Both the position numbers and the translations under genes were made by a program. The notes below the pieces were generated by a model, which saw only the letters and a program-made list of their open reading frames with translations, did no database searches and was not told the DNA's origin. A stretch of 64,000 nt of DNA from Callorhinchus milii (Eukaryota), in the NCBI RefSeq assembly GCF_018977255.1, contig NW_024704742.1, positions 91,018,001 to 91,082,000 on the forward strand, given 5' to 3'. Numbering within the stretch: position 1 is the stretch's first letter; every line of letters begins with the position of its first letter. Of the stretch, positions 1 through 11,250 are shown in pieces.

Positions 1-162
1 AGAATCAAAAGTAGAAACTCTGAACTTTTGCTCTGCCCTGAACTGAATACAAAAGGTACAAGACTCTCCAGTGTCTCTGCGTTGCGTTGGCTGGGCTATG
101 GGTCTGTATCTTGTTGAGTTTATCCTGTTTATGTCAAAATGAGTATCAATGCTCTTCCCAAC

Positions 163-202
163 TCCCTCAGCTCCCATTCCCCTCAGCTCCTACCCTCAGC
201 TC
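163..202 (+). repeat. Three copies of CCCTCAGCTC
   Basis: Seen directly at ~164, ~181 and ~193. Confidence 0.7.
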
Positions 203-270
203 GGGTGCTTGTGATGCCCTCCTGATGTGACAGGCGCTATATAAATGTAAATTTGTATTGTATTGTTGTA
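200..270 (+). mobile_element. L2-type 3' tail (similar short tails at 8130-8200 -, 20345-20402 +, 27075-27128 +, 34530-34580 -, 56020-56090 +, 57138-57200 -, 63940-63988 +)
   Basis: ...gtgacaggcgctatataaatgtaaatttgtattgtattgttgt. Confidence 0.6.
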
Positions 271-1708
271 ATCATATCCTACTGAGCATCCTCTGCCATT
301 CATACACACACAACACACATACATTCACCTATAATTAGCATTGGGGAAAAAACTATTTTCTGCATGTTTGTGCCTATTGCAATTGAATCACATGTATTCA
401 ATTCCTTTCCCCTTTCAAACCATGCAGTAGTCGACGTGTGTATTTGTGTGTGTATGTGTGGGGGGAAGAGATAAATCAGCATTCACATTCCACTGACTCT
501 TTTTTTCTTTTTTGCTGTTCCTTCTTTATTATTTCATGTTTCAAAGAGTTAATTTGAAGTGCTACATCAATATCATTAATATGTTACAATATTTGTCCAG
601 AATAAAACTAGAGTGTAACATCAAATTTCCAGTGCTACCTCGAGGCATATAGCAGACTGACATGCTAATATGAAAGCTGCGGAATGCTTTTTAATGTATA
701 TTTAACAAAGGCTCTAGTGATCATCGGCTACAGAAAATTCTCCCTTTTTCTTTTGTGAAGATGTTATGATAAAAAGGAATAGAACTGTGCATGTGGAACC
801 TTCATCTCATTTTTAATATTAGCATTCAATTTGGATGTGTGGTAGTTTGGTTCACAGTTAAGTTTGGAGCCTTTCTTTTCTATTTTTCTTTTCTTTCGTT
901 GGTTCTTTTATTTCTTTCATTTGTTTATTTGTTCGTTCTTTCTTTTGTTCTTACCTTTCTTCTGTTTTTCTGCCCTCTTTCCTATCTCAACAGGAATAAT
1001 TCAGCAGTACAGTATTTGTGTCCTGTCTTAGGTTGTATTATTTACAACAGCAGTGAAATCATATCGTGGTTTTCAGACTGTGGCACCTATCTCGGGAGGG
1101 TCATGAAAACACCCATTACTGAGTTATTTAGGAACAAGAATATCATGAGTGTCCGTTATGTTTTTTTTTCTATTACTAAGAACAGTTAACCACAACAATT
1201 GTTGTTAAATCAATTTTGTTTTTATTACATAGTATTATTTTTGGCCGCACTCATTCGTGTTTGCAGACATTTTTTCTCAGATGCTTCCTCCCATGTCACC
1301 ATATTTGTAAGGATTATAGAAAAGATCCTTAATTTACTTTGAGTCTGCACAGCAAGAGTTCCCATATTAATAAGCAATGTATACTGAACATCTACATAAA
1401 AGCGATCATTGTTTTTGTAATAGCAGAATCTTAGGTAGTTCATATCATTGAGTCCCAATGGCTTTCATTCTGTTTGCTCTGACATTATTAAACTCTGTCT
1501 GTTTCACTATCAGTGAACCTAATTACCACATTTGCATGCTAGAAAAGTTTGCTTTGCGGGTCGAGTGGTATTAGCAATCTTTGCATGTTGCTCCTGGGCC
1601 TCTGTTTCATTAGTGGACAGCGGAGCATCTTCAATCGACTGCCGTAATTATGCAGGATCAATAAGTTTTTTGTGTTTGTCTTTGTTGTTTCTTTGATATG
1701 GCCTGAAG

Positions 1709-3675
1709 GATGCTGCAGGCAAGGTGCTGGACCGCTGGGCCATCATGTCCCGGGAAGAGGAGATCATTACCCTCCAGCAGTTCCTGAGGTTCGGAGAAAC
1801 CAAATCCATCGTGGAGCTGATGGCAATTCAAGAGAAGGAAGGGCAAGCAGTAGCTGTACCAGGTTCAAAGGCAGATTCTGATATCAGGACTTTTATAGAA
1901 GGTAACAACCGTGCCAGAAGTCCTAGTGTGCTGTCTCATCTAGAGAACGGCAATCCTTCCAGTATCCACCATTTTGAAAACATCCCCAACAGCTTGGCGT
2001 TCCTGCTTCCATTCCAGTACATCAATCCAGTCTCTGCTCCTTTACTCGGGCTTCCTCCAAACGGAGTCCTGCTCGAACAGCCCAGTCTGAGATTGAGGGA
2101 GCCAAACCTTCCCATTCAGAACGAACACGTTGAGAGCAGCAAGTCGGAAGTTTCTATCTCACCGTTCGGAAATGACCAGGCAAACGGCAGAAATATCAGC
2201 AGCATTACCAATGTCGAGCCCAAAATAGAGCCCAACAACCTTTCGCCCACTCACACTTCGCCTCCTGCAAGCGATCCAATCAAGCTGGACATCCCCAAAA
2301 GTAGCTTTCTGACCGCAAAGATTCAAAGGATGAAAAGGATGGGTCAGACACCCAGAAAAGGGCGTGTGGTCTGCAATGCCTGTACTAAGACTTTCTATGA
2401 CAAAGGTACTCTCAAGATCCACTACAATGCTGTCCACCTGAAGATCAAGCATCGGTGTACAATCGACGGGTGCAATATGGTTTTCAGCTCCCTGCGGAGC
2501 CGTAACAGGCACAGTGCTAACCCCAACCCACGCCTCCACATGCCCATGCTGAGGAACAACAGAGACAAGGACCTCATCCGAGCCACGTCTGGAGCAGCTA
2601 CTCCAGTCATCTCCAGCACAAAATCAAGCTTAAGTTTAACATCTCCTGGACGTCCTTCTATGGGTTTCAGTTCTCCTTCGATAGACCCAGTGCTGCAAAA
2701 CCCTTTGGTCTTCCCTTCACTAAAGACAGTTCAGCCCGTTCCTCCATTCTACCGAAGCCTCCTGACGTCCGGTGAACTGGTGAGCCCTCCTACATCGCTG
2801 CCCACCAGCCCCATAATGCCAGTGCCCGGCATCGAGCAGGCTTCTCTCACCGAGCCACAAGCTTCCGCACTTTTACCTCCTCAAGAGCAGCACACGGCAG
2901 ATCTCGCCCCCAAGAAAAAGTCCCGGAAATCGAGCATGCCTGTGAAGATTGAGAAGGAGGTGATCGACACCGCCGATGAGTACGATGATGATGACAAGTC
3001 CAGGGACAACTGTGTCTTGAGCAATGATGGCATCCACGACGATGAGATGAATAACTGTGACTCACACGACGAGATGAGTCCCGGCCTCCCCGTGAAGGGC
3101 ACCCTGGCTGGGGACGAGGAGAGAAGCCTGGGTGGGCTGGAGGACAAACAAATGGGCAGCATCACGTCTGAAGACCAAGAGCACGACCGGGACTTTGAGG
3201 ATGAGTCGGAAAGCTCTGACCCCAAGATGTGCGACGAGCCCATGGACAACGATGAACAAACACACAAAGACATGTATGACAAGGATGAGATGTTGAGTGG
3301 CAAGGATGAAGACAAGCGCAATGCGCACTCCCCTCATCCAGAAACCATCAAGATAAAGGAGGAGTTCACTGACCCAACCTATGACATGTTTTTCAGTATC
3401 AGCCAGTATGGGTTGTACAATGGCGGAGGGGGGAGCATGCCTGCCCTTCAAGAAGGCTTCTCACCTTCAGTGGGCTATAGCAGCCCCCAGAAATTCTCAC
3501 CAGAGAGCGAACTGTGCTTGAGTCCCGATCCCAAGATTTGTTACGTGTGCAAGAAGAGCTTTAAAAGCTCCTACAGCGTGAAGTTACACTACAAGAACGT
3601 TCACCTGAAGGAGATGCACGTCTGCACGGTTGAAGGCTGCAATGCTGCATTCCCATCGCGGAGAAGCAGAGACAG
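1709..3675 (+). CDS. BNC2: Basonuclin-2, large penultimate coding exon (1967 nt; phase 0 start, phase 2 end)
   Basis: Translation [45 protein letters not shown]...FPSRRSRDR matches the BNC2 protein as I know it. Acceptor ...gcctgaAG|GAT (AG 1707-1708) follows a T/G-rich tract; donor AG|GTACTG (GT 3676-3677). The ORF-track start at 1724 (GTG) and stop at 3682 reflect ORF calling across splice sites. Confidence 0.97.
2372..2539 (+). other. BNC2: C2H2 zinc-finger pair 1 (fingers 1-2)
   Basis: CNAC...HYNAVH and CTIDGC...[10 protein letters not shown]. Confidence 0.95.
2909..2929 (+). other. BNC2: Nuclear localisation signal PKKKSRK
   Basis: CCC AAG AAA AAG TCC CGG AAA in frame, followed by SSMP; position of the known basonuclin NLS. 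Confidence 0.9.
3539..3675 (+). other. BNC2: C2H2 finger 3 and N-terminal part of finger 4
   Basis: CYVC...HYKNVH then CTVEGC...; the His ligands of finger 4 lie at 42034-42057. Confidence 0.95.
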
Positions 3676-4479
3676 GTACTGACTGCCTTTTTCCCCTCTT
3701 TAAGTTAATTGTTTAACTTAATCGTTTATCTTTTGTTGACCGAATAGTAATTAGTTCTTTTTAAAAATCAAAAAAATGTATATCAGCCCTTTGCATATTT
3801 TTGTTTTAAATATTAATGATGTGATTAAGCCTAGTGTTAAGCTTTATTTGATTAAAAAAATGTTTATAATGCTGCAAAACGTTTTATGAATTAATGCTTT
3901 GATTGGTTTGTTTTGTTCAGTTGAATGTTGTTAATCTGGTGTTTGAGGTAGCCCGGTTGCTACAGGGCTTTAGTGTGCTTACAGACTATGTCAGGCATGT
4001 GTCTGCCTCTGCAGCTTCACAAATGGTGAGTTCCAGATCTCATATGCGCTGTCTTGGGAAAGACATTGAGGGGGAGACGAGGGAATGAGAAAAAGAAAAT
4101 TTAAGTTTTTTTAACCAAACTGAGCTTTTATCTACTTTCTCGCAATCACTTCAAGAGCAAAACTGGTGTAGGTTCTAGAGCAATCCACCTGCTCGGTTGT
4201 GTATCATGGGGAACTTAATAAAAATAATAAATCCAATTACAAAGTGGGGGAAAACCCAATTGTAAAGTGTGTTCAAAAACAACATCCATATTGGAAAGTA
4301 AACTGCAGGCTTTCTACTGTTCTGTTCATTATTCACAGTTTCTGGGCTTTTGTAACACAGTGGAGAATCTCCCGTTGTGTTAACGTGAGCTCCCAAATTG
4401 TTGTCTAAGCTCAGTGTCTCACTTGGTGCCTTTGGTTTCAGTGCAGCGACAACATTTATACATTTGGCCACCTGTGTTG

Positions 4480-4870
4480 AAATTAAATGGCTCCATCTGG
4501 TCTGTGCAGCTCTGCCTACCTTGCTTCCTCCCTCCAGGATCCGCACGCTAAAGAAACATCTTCGCTTTCTATTCAGTAACGACAAACTAAAGAAAAGAAA
4601 CTTTCTCACTGACTGCCCATGTCTTCTCCAGTATCTTCACCTAAACATTCTTACTCACTGCCCACATCCCTTCTAAGTATCCTCACTGTAAAACTAACAT
4701 CCTCATTATTTCTTCTCCAGTAGCCACACCCTAAATCAAATATCCTTGCTTACTATCATGCGTCTTCCAGAACATGCATGCTATCGCAGCTTATCTCACT
4801 TACCGTCCATGTCGCCTCCCTGGTGCCCACACGTTTTATCAAATGTCCTCACTTACTCCCCCAACCCCTC
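4480..4870 (+). mobile_element. Old L2-like relic
   Basis: gttgaaattaaatggctc..., acgacaaactaaag, catcctcattatt..., weak match to L2 motifs. Confidence 0.4.
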
Positions 4871-6743
4871 CATCACCTGGATGCTGAAGCATGGATGAAG
4901 AAGTGTTGCTTGTGACCCATTTGCGGAATGTAGTGGAGGTACAGGCTTTGTGATCTACAGCTGGATTACTAACCTTATTCCATTGCTGCTGAGGGACAAC
5001 ATTAAGCAAAGTCAAGGTGTTTCCCAACATGAAATAAATTGAATGGAGCAAGCATCATTGATGATCTTGGACAACTCTTAGTGGTCGGTACTGGATTGGC
5101 AAAGTCTTGGAAATGGGTTGCCTCCGTCCTCTTACAAAAAGATGGGAGAAAAAAAAATATCTTTAATTCAAAAGGGAGTCATGTGTAAAAACACACAAAT
5201 TATTGATTTGCCAGGACTGTGTTGTGCATTGGGTTAGTAAATTGGTCTATCATTCTCTGGGACATGGGTTCACATCCAATCCACATTGATGGGATTTAAG
5301 TCTTCTCCATCTGTGAAGACTCTAAATGGTGTTTTTTTGAAACCCAGTTATTTGTCTCCTAATTTGACACAATTTGTCTCGTTGCGAGTATGTAAATTGG
5401 AAAATTGGTGCTGTTGCAGTAGGAGGTTCTCCTCTGAGATTGCACTGAGGCATATCAACCAATTTACACAAAAAAAGGCTTCAACATTAAGATTGTAATT
5501 AAGAATTTACCAAATTCTATACACTCTGAAATACTTAACAAAAAGAGTATACCTTAGCCCAGTGGAATTTCACGCCAATGTGGAAACTTCTGTGGAAAAA
5601 TATCAGAGATCCCCAAGCAGGTGTACAGAAGTGAATAGAGCAAGTGACCAATGCTTTTATTTAGATGTATCATACTGTGCTCACATAAATGGTGGACTTA
5701 TTTTGGTGTTTGGGGTAACAAAACATGTGCAAATGTGTCCTTTGGGGAGAACTTCCACCTGGGGTTAGTTTACTTTATTTATGTAGCTTTTCAGAGTGTT
5801 TGAAATTTGGCATATTCTTAAATGAAGCTTTAATTTTGAAGTCAGTTTTCTGTAAGTTTCTTTTAACTGACTTCAAAGTTTGTGAAGAACTGAATTCAAC
5901 AATTTGCTAAATTCTGGATGCTCTGATACAGAATAAATCTTTACCTGGATGGAATTTCTCCCCACACATGCCTTTATTATGCAATGAATAAGCAATACAA
6001 AGGATTTCAGAATCACCCGTGATGCTTTTCATTATTGTTGATTTCATAAGTAAGGGTGCCGGTAATTTTCTCTGTACAGGTGGTTAATCCACAATGTTTG
6101 GATGTTGATTGCTAACCCACAAATCAGACACCGGGATCGCACAATATGTTGTACTATTGCAAAGGTACTTCATTGTCCAGGTGATGTGCAACAGTAGAAA
6201 AAAAAGAAACACCCAATTATTCCAGGGAATGGCACAGCTCTTTCCTTTGCCTGATCTGTTCAAAGGAGGAGTAGACCATTCAACTACAAGACCGGTGGCC
6301 TCCATGGACATTTATGGTACCTGTGAAACTGCTTTTAGTGGCCTACTTCTTACAATAGTCGCACATCACCTGCGGATTGAAAGAATTAAATATCTTCGTA
6401 AAAGTAGCTTGGAGCTCTGTACCCACGGGCTCAAACTCCAACTCACACATCCAGCAATAGTGGGTTTTGATTGGTAAATTGAGTCAGTCTATGACTGATT
6501 GGTGGATGGAGTCAGCCTGATAACACCTAACACAGTTTGCTTGGTAAAAAATGAAAATCTAATAGCATTTTGCAGGACATTGATTTAAATTGTGTGTTTA
6601 AATCCACCTGCAAACTTTAAGGAAACCTCACTACAGAATTCCGCCCCCCTACACAGTTGGATTAAGGTTTGATTACTGCAGCATGGACTCTATTAAATGT
6701 GAATCAAAGCCCAGTTCACCGGTCTCAGACACAAAAAGACTTA

Positions 6744-6975
6744 ATAATAATCCTTGTACTTGATACAGCGTCTTATCGTGTCATGGAGATATGTCATAGT
6801 GCTTCACAGGATATATTGTAAAGTGGATTTACTGTATTTTGTGAGCAGAACATGGCAAACAGTTACTCACAGCAATGTCCCACAAACAGTCATGGAGTGA
6901 GTGACCAGTTTTATTTTTGTGAGGATTGTTGGTCAGGACACCGAGGAGAAATTCTCTTCTCTTGAACATGAAGAG
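6744..6975 (-). mobile_element. SINE 3' half (Deu type)
   Basis: aataataatccttgtacttgatacagcg...gtcaggacaccgaggagaaattc. Confidence 0.7.
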
Positions 6976-7417
6976 GGGAAAATTCACCAGGGCTGAATTT
7001 TTTCTCTCTCCCTTTTTGTCCTCTTCTCTTCTGGCAGCTCTGACTTATTGCTGGACTACCTCACGGTTCCACTGGGTCTCTGCAGTTCTCCTGTACCTTG
7101 ACCACATGGCCATTGTATGAGTTTAGAGCAGGGCTGGGCAACTTTTATTAAACAAATACCAAAAGTCCAGAAATTTGACTTTTTACCAAGGTTGGGTTGG
7201 GCGCCAAACTGTTTTAGGCAATCACAAGCTGGCTGCATTCATACGATGAAAGTCCACCTTTGTTGAATGTGTGAGTGGGAAGTAGAACTCGAGTTGAAAC
7301 TTGGAGTTATGTGGGCTGGACATTGAGCTCCATGCCTGAAGAAATTTCTCTGCAGGCAAGAAATTGTCACGTTTTACTGACCCTGGCCTAGACAGTAATA
7401 AGTCTCAGTAGACTATT

Positions 7418-7744
7418 GTGGAGTCCTGTAGCTCAGTGGTTAGAGCACTCGCTTTGCAAGCGAGAGACCTGAGTTCAATTCCAGGCGGGGCGAAACCTTG
7501 GCCAAGTTTCCTTACTCCACACGCCTAATAATAATCCCTCCAAAACCAAAAACAATAATAAATTGGTCATTTTCAATCTACGACTGTTTGTGGGACATTG
7601 CTGTGCGCAATTGGCTGCCGCGTTCGCCCACAAATATACAGTCAATTCACTTTACAGTGTGTTCTGTGAAGCGCTTTAGGACGTCCTCCCGACGTGAAAA
7701 GCGCTATATCAAATGCAAGGATTATTATTATTAGGATTATTATT
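7418..7744 (+). mobile_element. tRNA(Ala)-derived SINE, short form, full length
   Basis: A-box TAGCTCAGTGG, anticodon arm CTCGC-TTTGCAA-GCGAG, B-box GTTCAATTCC, L2-like 3' stem-loop, (TTA)n tail; five related copies in the window. Confidence 0.92.
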
Positions 7745-7844
7745 CCACTGTGAAGCACATGACAGCCAAGGACAAACTTATCCCATGCTTGCACATTTTG
7801 CCAACACTCAATTTATGTTCATACGTCAAAAGTGGAAACTCTCT

Positions 7845-8050
7845 TCTCTATTTGAATAGTGCCATGGGATCTTTTACAGGATCTTGGCTTAAAGTTTCAT
7901 CTGACGGATGGCACCTCCAACAATGCAGTACACCCCCAGCAGTGCAATGGAGTGTTAGCCTAGACCATGTCTAGACTAAGTCTAAGTCCTACTGTGGAGC
8001 TTGAACCTACAACCTTCTGACTCAGAGGCAGGAATGTTGCCAAAGAAGCC
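7845..8050 (-). mobile_element. Deu-domain SINE 5' part
   Basis: gaatagtgccatgggatcttttac...catctgacggatggcacctcc, the reverse complement of the Deu region and head. Confidence 0.65.
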
Positions 8051-10727
8051 AAGCTGATGCCAATTGTTGGACCAATTGGTTATTTGATGCCTGAAACTGT
8101 TGCTATGTTACTGCTCATGCGTCTGTCTACAGCAGCAACAACAACTTGCACTCATATTGCGCCCTCCACACAGGGTACTGTCTCAGAGCGCTTAGCAGTG
8201 GCGGAGCCTGATTAGGCTTGCACAAAAGATGGCTACAAGGGAAAAGTAGAGAAAGGTGACCATTTCCCATGAAACTGTACCTAGTATATATCATGGTTTA
8301 AATGAGATGAATAGTAAGAAGAAAAATGAAGAGTGTAAGGGAAGGGGTTGTAAACGTTTCTAAAAGTGCCAGGTTTCTTCAATTATACGAGACTGATGCA
8401 GATACCACATATTTCAAACCAATGTGCATGACACACATAATCACTGAATTTCTTGGCAACAATATTCAGCAAGCTATTTCTTCATCACTTCACCATTCTT
8501 GACAGCACAATAATCAGTCAATGTGGACGACATCGCATATCATTGATGCAGAACACACTAGCTCTCGGAATTGGGACTCGTAGGCACAGCGGCCAAACAG
8601 AAAGAAACTTGAAAGGAAACACTCCCACTTCCCTGGAAAAAAAAGGAGCTTATCACGAAGAATGGATACATGGGAGTTATTACAAGGCAATAATGCACCC
8701 CCCTCCCACCCACTCATCCCCACCACCAAAAAGGGATTGAGATGGTCATAAACTACTGAAGCGAATCCAAACTAGTTCATAACCTTGCCTGATTACACTC
8801 CCTTTTCACATAGGTACTTTTACACATTAAGACCCAACACTTTAGAATGTATCACTTTCATTTCATTTGATACTAAGTTTATGAAGTGATAATCTCTGAC
8901 TATTATCAGAAAAGAACACAGTCAAAATACAGGATAAAAATATAACAGACAATTGAAATCATTTTAAGGGTGTAATCTTACTGAAGCTCGGATAAGCCAC
9001 TTTGTTGTTTTATGGTTCAAAACATCATCTGAATACTTTGATCAGTTTACTGCCTTGTAATCACTCCAGGCATCCAGTACCTCAGCTACTCCCACAACCC
9101 AGTTTTCAATCCTCCTGGGAGAAAATGTGCGTGCTTGAGTGTGAGTGAGTGAGTGAGTGTGTGAAGGTAAATTGGGTCTCTTTAGGGATTGCTGAGTTGG
9201 CTCCAAGATGTCATGCCTAGCAATAGATGTTGGAATCAAGTCAGTCCTCTGTGATCGCTTCAACACAGGTTTTTGAGCCACGTGGTCTGATGACCTAGAG
9301 GGCAACCCGGATGACAGACCAGCCAAGGTGGCTCAACGACAGTACTTGAAGGGGCAAGCAGTGGGAAGCTTGCCATACTGTGATCTAGATAACAAGCTGG
9401 TTAGCTAACAATGTTAGCTGGTTAACCTCCAGCAGTACACCCAGTCTATATGTTTGGGTCTCCAAGCCTTATCTCATGCCAACCTGTACCTAATACTCCC
9501 TGGCATTAGGTGATCAGGGTACATTCCTCTGTGAAGAGTATGTGTTCCATTCCAGTCACAGGGAAATTTCTACTCATATGTGGAACTCTCAATAGTTTGG
9601 TTTGGATACTCAGAAGCATGGTAATTGGCTTCTGCGTGCGTCAGACACCCAGCTGAACAAAAAAANCACTTTTCAATTTCATCTTGTTACAAATTCTTGG
9701 ATTTATTTTGTGCGGTATTAAAACGAGGAGTTGTGATCTCGCTGGGTTTTATTTTCCTCGCCCCCGCCCAACCCCTCCCATCACGTGTACTTTAAAATAA
9801 AAGTCACACGTTCCTGATGTGAATACTTCAAGCTGAACAACGAGTGTGTGAGAAGCGAGAAGCAGGTTGGAGAAGAGCTGGTAATTATTAGTTCTGCCAG
9901 GTTTTTTATAAATACAAAACTGCATATTGTGTATGATCTATGGATGGGTGATTCATAAACGAATCTTCAGTGTATGAATGCTTTTGCGTACTAAAGAGAA
10001 CGATTGAAAATATAAGTACCTTACAGTTATTGTAAAATCAATTTTGTTTTCTATTCTTTTATTTTGCTCACACTCTTTTGTAAAGAGAAAGGATTTAAAC
10101 TCGTTATGGTAGTAGATTTGCCTGTCAACGTACTGGAATGTTTGCAATCAGCAGGTAACAGTTGCTGTCTCTGCTGTTCCTTCATCCATCGATAAGGAAC
10201 CTGTTTAGGTATTGAATTTTGATAGTGTGAAAGGTTAATTCATAACCACTGCAAGGAATACCCTTTACCAGTATCTTCAATACGAACCCAGGGATCTTGA
10301 TCCAGAAATGAAAAGAGCTGATGCTCATCTTTCTTACCATAATACACGCAAAAAAAAAAAATGTTCAGCTGTTGCAGATGTGTGCCTTTGATTTTTTTTG
10401 GACAGTCTTCAGTGGGATTCAACTGCAAAAATTAAGCCGACATCAAGCTTTCTGATGCAGCATGTCTAGTATATACTGTTGGTTGACATTCAGCTGCTCT
10501 CTAACCCTTTCTTCAAGCCACTACAAGTCTTTTTAGAAAAAATCTGTGACAGAATTGGTTTACTTTTGTATTGTTTAAATCTCTGCTTTTCACTTGAGTT
10601 TTGCTTGTTCCAAAATGTTCATCGTAAAAACGAACATCTTTTAGACCCATTGGTCTCTCCCTCTCCACCGCTCGCTTTTCACTCTTTGCGACATCCCTGT
10701 GTGTTTCACTCTACATTTGTTCACCAG

Positions 10728-10737
10728 ATCTGGACAG
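10728..10737 (+). other. BNC2: Candidate 10-nt microexon, or start of an alternative terminal exon, in the BNC2 intron
   Basis: About 80 nt of AG-free pyrimidine-rich sequence ending ttgttcacCAG|ATCTGGACAG|GTGAGT (consensus donor). Confidence 0.5.
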
Positions 10738-11019
10738 GTGAGTCCAACCCAGACCTTTGAAACATTCATAATGATTGGGGAAAAAAGAGAAACTGAAACG
10801 CTGGAAATCTGAAAAAAAAACAGAATAATGCTTTGAAAGATAAGCTGAAGTTTTGAGTGTGATTCTCCAACGGAGAATGTTAGTTCCAATGTCACACTAT
10901 ACTTCTGGAGACCAGAAATTACACCCCGGCTTAGCCTGGACAATTCCTAAAACCTGACTTAATTTGGAAGCCAGTTTCCCACAATTTTAAATTAAAAATT
11001 GTATTGCAATCTAAGACTA

Positions 11020-11180
11020 AACAACAAATTGCATTTATATCACTCCTTTCACCTCGGGAAGACATCAAGGCACTGGACAGTGAAGGATTCACCACCGAGC
11101 TGCGGGCTGGAGTCAAAAGGTGTGGAAGGCAAGGGAGTGATGGTGGGAAGATGAGTGAAGGCACAGTTGAAGAGGAAGGT
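11020..11180 (-). mobile_element. L2 3' tail fragment
   Basis: acaacaaattgcatttatatcactcctttcacctcgggaagacatcaaggcactggacag. Confidence 0.65.
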
Positions 11181-11250
11181 CTTGAGGGGGCAGGACTAGG
11201 AGATAAGACCAGGTGGAATTTCAAACCTGAGAAATGGTTGCTGTTCTTCT

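Noticed and set aside
791..1189. 132-aa hydrophobic ORF
   Set aside because: Produced by T-rich low-complexity intron sequence.
2159..3451. Antisense ORFs over the BNC2 exon
   Set aside because: Shadows of the coding strand with no recognisable domains.
7418..7492. tRNA-Ala(TGC) gene
   Set aside because: No proper acceptor stem; it is the head of a multi-copy SINE continuing into a body and LINE-like tail.
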